From positions 288,001-352,000 of the forward strand of contig CBDCFN010000016.1 of assembly GCA_965216315.1 (NCBI GenBank): DNA of 64,000 nucleotides. The letters run 5' to 3'. Shown here piece by piece: positions 60,460 to 64,000 of this stretch. Source of the DNA: a bacterium (GTDB taxonomy: Bacteria > UBA10199 > 2-02-FULL-50-16 > JAJFLM01). Made by a program: the position numbers and the translations under genes. Every line of letters begins with the position of its first letter. Position 1 is the first letter of the stretch. Below the pieces are notes generated by a model, which saw only the letters and a program-made list of their open reading frames with translations, was not told the origin of the DNA and searched no databases.

Positions 60460-61463
60460 CGCGTTTGACTCGGCATGCTGTCGTCTTAGTATTGGCCTTG
60501 AGCCTTTGTGCCTGTGGTGAAGTCGTCTTGCACCAAAATCTCAACCAGATCGACGCGGACAAGATACTCGTTCTGTTGGACAAAAATGGGATTGAGGCCC
60601 ATACCGAAGCCGGGACCGACGGACAGGAGACGACCTGGTCGGTGCTGGTCTCCAAATCGGACGTCTCGATGGCGCGCCGGCTCCTTGTCGAAAACAATTT
60701 GCCCGCCCGCCCCGAATTAGGACTCTCCGGGGTCTATAGTGAAAAAGGACTGATCCCCACGCCAGATGAACAGCGGGCCCGTTTTCTGCTGGCGATGAAG
60801 GGGGAGGTCGTGAACGCGTTGCGCAAGATTCCCGGGGTCCATGAGGTCGGCGTCGTGCTGAATGTCCCGCAAGAATCCGAGTTGGCCTTGGGACAGATCG
60901 ATCAGGTCAAACCGTCGGCATCGGTTGTTCTCCGGGTGGCGGATCCGGCGATGCTCCACCAGGAGTTGACCGAAGAAAAGGTCAAACGCTTCGTCGCGAA
61001 TTCGATCAAGAATCTGGAGCCCAACAACGTCATTGTCATTATTAGTTCCGAGAAGAAAGATACGACGCAGCTCGGTGGGACCGTGTCGGCGCCGGGCGCC
61101 TTGCCGCCGCCCCCGCGTAATCCCCCCCCACCGTCGCCCGAAGGCGGACCGAGTTCGGATCTTGGTTCCGAGTCGGGGACCGCGGGCGGCGAGATCGTGA
61201 CGGTGGCGGGAATCGAGCTGGATGCGGCCTCCGTGGGCAAATTCCGTTTTTATCTGATTATCTTTTTATGCGTCTTGATTCTCCTCTCGGCGGCGTTGCT
61301 GTTGACGCTGTTCCGTTTTAGTCGGATGCGGCGCAAGGCCAAGCCGCGGCGGCTCGAGGCCGTGCCGATTGAGGGGCAACAAGGAGGGCCGGATTTGCTC
61401 CAGAGCGGCCAGGGAGCCATGGGAGTGGGTCCTGGACCCGGTGAAACGGGGACCGGTGCCTAA
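60456..61463 (+). CDS. sctJ: T3SS inner-membrane ring lipoprotein SctJ
   Basis: LCAC lipobox, LHQNL...A..I...L, GLIPTPDEQRAR, IPGV...V.LN.P, PSASV, FVANSI..L, C-terminal TM. Confidence 0.9.
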   Translation: MTRLTRHAVVLVLALSLCACGEVVLHQNLNQIDADKILVLLDKNGIEAHTEAGTDGQETTWSVLVSKSDVSMARRLLVENNLPARPELGLSGVYSEKGLIPTPDEQRARFLLAMKGEVVNALRKIPGVHEVGVVLNVPQESELALGQIDQVKPSASVVLRVADPAMLHQELTEEKVKRFVANSIKNLEPNNVIVIISSEKKDTTQLGGTVSAPGALPPPPRNPPPPSPEGGPSSDLGSESGTAGGEIVTVAGIELDAASVGKFRFYLIIFLCVLILLSAALLLTLFRFSRMRRKAKPRRLEAVPIEGQQGGPDLLQSGQGAMGVGPGPGETGTGA

Positions 61464-61488
61464 GCCCTGCGGCAGGCTCAGGGCAAGC
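61464..61488. repeat. Short REP-like palindrome
   Basis: GCCCTG-CGGCAGGCT-CAGGGC-AAGC right after the sctJ stop. Confidence 0.45.
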
Positions 61489-61540
61489 AACTGGAACGGT
61501 TTGAAGAGGCGATAATAGCTATAAGAGGTAGTATATTGTT

Positions 61541-61996
61541 ATGACTGCAGGTTTAAATGGCGTCAATCCCAGCATTATGCGGACCGAGGTCCGCTTTGTG
61601 GATCCGACCCGCCCGAAAATAAAGAAGATTGGTGCCGGCGCCAAGTTTGCGAGCGCCTTAGGGAGTTTTTTGGGACCGGTCGCCTCGATTGCCGGTATTT
61701 TCTTTCCACCGGCCTTTGCGATTGGCGCGGCGGCCTACGGAATGAAGGGGCTGGCCCAGCAGTCGATCATGCGGCAACAGGCGGCCAACGCGCAGCAGCA
61801 AGCGTCCTACCAGGCGCAACAGGGGCAGCAAACGATCTCTTTTATGGGCTATGAAGGCGGGCAGGCGCCGATTCGACCCGCGGCGGGCGGGGGACTGATG
61901 GGCCACCGGCCTCCGCAAGCGGATCCGATGATGGATATCCTCTTTATGCGGCAGGAGGCGACGCAACAGATGATTAATACCGATTATAGACGGTAG
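61541..61996 (+). CDS. Hypothetical T3SS-cluster protein with a hydrophobic hairpin (translocator-like)
   Basis: FASALGSFLGPVASIAGIFFPPAFAIGAAAYG followed by a Gln-rich coil; no signal peptide. Confidence 0.55.
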   Translation: MTAGLNGVNPSIMRTEVRFVDPTRPKIKKIGAGAKFASALGSFLGPVASIAGIFFPPAFAIGAAAYGMKGLAQQSIMRQQAANAQQQASYQAQQGQQTISFMGYEGGQAPIRPAAGGGLMGHRPPQADPMMDILFMRQEATQQMINTDYRR

Positions 61997-62009
61997 CGAA
62001 AGGGAATGT

Positions 62010-62369
62010 ATGGGGGTGCATCGACTCGATTCAAATAAAGTTCAACGTTCGCGCGCCGCGGATCCAGCGGCCGATTCCGCGACAAGCGGCGCAGGAACGG
62101 CCAAGGGCCCCGCGGAAGTATTGCCGTTTCCTTTTACGGAGATGCTGACGGTCGCGGGTTTTCGGGTCCCGACCCAATGGCAAGCGCACCCACAATTAGC
62201 GCAACTCCGCCAGAATGCGGAACATACCGCCGGTTTGGACCTTTCCTCGTTTCCACCGGAGATTCAGGAGGATATCCGCACGATGCTCGAATTTGCCGAG
62301 TCCCCGACCTTTAAGCGGCAGATGCAGGCCCTGTTGGATATTGACGTCCCTGACAACGATTCGGCGTAG
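62010..62369 (+). CDS. Hypothetical protein
   Basis: 119 aa ORF after an AAGGGA SD, in operon order. Confidence 0.6.
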   Translation: MGVHRLDSNKVQRSRAADPAADSATSGAGTAKGPAEVLPFPFTEMLTVAGFRVPTQWQAHPQLAQLRQNAEHTAGLDLSSFPPEIQEDIRTMLEFAESPTFKRQMQALLDIDVPDNDSA

Positions 62370-62529
62370 CGTCAGAACGTTCGAATCGCCCCAAAATGAG
62401 GTCTCCAGGCCCCATTTTGAAACCCTCTGGCGCATTGCGTTACCGAAAAGCTGTTTGCCAATTTTCGAAAAAACTCAGTATTGACAATGACTTAGAAGTG
62501 TTGTGGAAGGTTGGGAACAGTTGCCCGCT

Positions 62530-62546
62530 TTGGCACAAATACTGCA
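62530..62546 (+). promoter_or_regulatory. Sigma54 (-24/-12) promoter candidate
   Basis: TTGGCAC-AAATA-CTGCA, with correct GG/GC spacing, upstream of the sigma factor gene. Confidence 0.65.
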
Positions 62547-62582
62547 TCTTCATCCTGTACGAAGCGAAGGAGTCAAAATCGG

Positions 62583-63410
62583 ATGAGTTCAAAAGCTGTG
62601 AAAAAAGTTGCCAAAAAGAAGAGTCCCCCCGCCAAGCAGAAGAAAGACGAGCGCCGTCATTCGGAGACACGGGATCGTCTGATCAAGCAGTATCTTCCCT
62701 ATGCGGCGTCGATCGCGGGACGCGTGATGCAGATGTTATCGTCGGCAGTCGATTACGACGATGTCATGTGTTATGCGCGTTTAGGCCTGCTTGAAGCCGC
62801 CGAACGCTTTGATCCCAGCATGAACGTCGATTTTAAGACCTTTGCGTACTACCGTATCAAGGGCGCGATCTATGACGGGCTCCGCAAGAGCGGTTGGGTC
62901 CCCCGCGCTCTTTACGCCAAGATCAAGTTTGAGCAGGCGTCCAATAATTATCTTGAGTTTGTTTCTTCCAAGCGTTCGCTCGACGGCGATGAAGACCAAA
63001 AGGCCGCCGAGGTCTATGACACAGTTAACTCCCTCGCTTCAATTTACGTGATCTCGATCGATGCCTCGGAAGAGCCGATGGAGATTGAAGATACCAATGC
63101 CAAGAGCTCCGAGCAGCTCGCCCAGTTTCAACAGCTCAAGGGGCACATGAAGGCCTCGATTGAACTCCTCCCGGCCAAGGAACGCAAGCTGATCAAAATG
63201 TATTATTTCCAGAACAAGACCCTCGAAGAGGCGGGAGCTGAATTAGGTCTGTCGAAGAGTTGGACCTCGCGACTCCACGCCCGGGCCCTCGAAATGCTTT
63301 TCAAGAAGGTGAATGCCCGCATTCATCACTCGCACGGGGCGCAAGCGCCTGCGCAGCCGGACGAAGACACCCCTGATCTGCCGCAATTGCAGCAAGGAGG
63401 CACGCGGTGA
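62583..63410 (+). CDS. FliA/WhiG-family RNA polymerase sigma factor
   Basis: GLLEAAERFDP...FKTFAYYRIKGAIYDGLRK (region 2) and MYYFQNKTLEEAGAELGLSKSWTSRLH (region 4). Start taken at ATG 62583. Confidence 0.9.
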   Translation: MSSKAVKKVAKKKSPPAKQKKDERRHSETRDRLIKQYLPYAASIAGRVMQMLSSAVDYDDVMCYARLGLLEAAERFDPSMNVDFKTFAYYRIKGAIYDGLRKSGWVPRALYAKIKFEQASNNYLEFVSSKRSLDGDEDQKAAEVYDTVNSLASIYVISIDASEEPMEIEDTNAKSSEQLAQFQQLKGHMKASIELLPAKERKLIKMYYFQNKTLEEAGAELGLSKSWTSRLHARALEMLFKKVNARIHHSHGAQAPAQPDEDTPDLPQLQQGGTR

Positions 63411-63895
63411 GCATCGAAGCGAAAGTCGCTCAAACCGCGACCAAGGTCGCGACCGAAGTTGCCAAGCAAGGGGGCCAAAATCCGCTTCAAACCGGCGAAT
63501 CTCAGTTTATGAACGTGCTGCAGCAGCACGAAATCAAGATGGAAGCGTCCAGCAATGACATTATGTCGATGTTGGGGCAAGATGCCAGCCTCCATCCGGC
63601 CGATAACGCTGTTTCGGCCGATGGCCTCCAAATCCAGATTTCCGACGTCCAAAAGTTGGAATCTGTCGAATCATCCAACAAACTCGGCAATATGTTTGAA
63701 AACCTCAATCGTGATGGGCTCAATATGGAGCGCATTCAGGAGATGGTGATGTCTGGTGAGAAGATGAGTAATCGCGAATTGATGGCAATGCAGGCGATGA
63801 TTCACCAGTCAGCCCTTGAAATCCAGATTGGGGTTCAGGCGATGGACGCCGGGAAGTCCTCGATCCAAACGCTGGTACAAAGGACAACGCAATAG
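63407..63895 (+). CDS. T3SS inner rod SctI-like protein
   Basis: C-terminal ELMAMQAMIHQSALEIQI...KSSIQTLVQ resembles the YscI/HrpB2 C-terminus; supported by context. Confidence 0.55.
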   Translation: MSIEAKVAQTATKVATEVAKQGGQNPLQTGESQFMNVLQQHEIKMEASSNDIMSMLGQDASLHPADNAVSADGLQIQISDVQKLESVESSNKLGNMFENLNRDGLNMERIQEMVMSGEKMSNRELMAMQAMIHQSALEIQIGVQAMDAGKSSIQTLVQRTTQ

Positions 63896-63907
63896 TATAA
63901 CTACAAT

Positions 63908-64000
63908 ATGAATGAAGAATTGGCCACCTCAGGCAAGGTCATGGCGGCCTTAGCCATCTTGGAGGGGGAAAGGGATCCGGCGGCACTGTTTCGCTTTGCG
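63908..64000 (+). CDS. Partial ORF continuing beyond the window
   Basis: ATG at 63908, MNEELATSGKVMAALAILEG..., open to the window end. Confidence 0.55.
   Translation, partial: MNEELATSGKVMAALAILEGERDPAALFRFA

Noticed and set aside
1..64000. CRISPR array, rRNA, transposase or prophage genes
   Set aside because: No regularly spaced repeats or recognisable motifs found.

Overview
A 64 kb stretch of bacterial chromosome, probably from a Bdellovibrionota/Myxococcota-related deltaproteobacterium. That placement is inferred from a Bd0055-like histone-fold protein, Myxococcus-type Cys-rich repeats and a Myxococcus/Chlamydia-like T3SS. Housekeeping content: malic enzyme, thiI, beta-carbonic anhydrase, a complete nuoA-N operon with fused nuoCD, speD-speE, hspQ, tRNA-Val and tRNA-Asp, uppP, recN, pmbA, a PP2C phosphatase, an M23 peptidase, secA and argJ. 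Accessory content: several large orphan proteins at 2.9-12.6 kb, an AT-rich island at 32.1-36.2 kb with two PD-(D/E)XK-like nuclease candidates (one fused to TPRs), and a HigBA-like toxin-antitoxin pair. From 51 kb to the window end lies a non-flagellar type III secretion cluster: SctV, FHA/TPR/PEGA proteins, needle-like and inner-rod-like proteins, a TPR chaperone and SctJ. The cluster encodes its own FliA/WhiG-family sigma factor behind a sigma54-like promoter. A sigma28-like promoter motif precedes two T3SS substrate-like genes, four dispersed orphan genes and a candidate sRNA, suggesting a T3SS-sigma-effector regulon. Several palindromic mini-repeats are also present. One ~107 bp element occurs twice, once between duplicated secA 5' ends and once inside the T3SS operon, and two other palindromes sit in-frame inside nuoG and uppP. 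All assignments come from motif recognition by eye; no searches were run.
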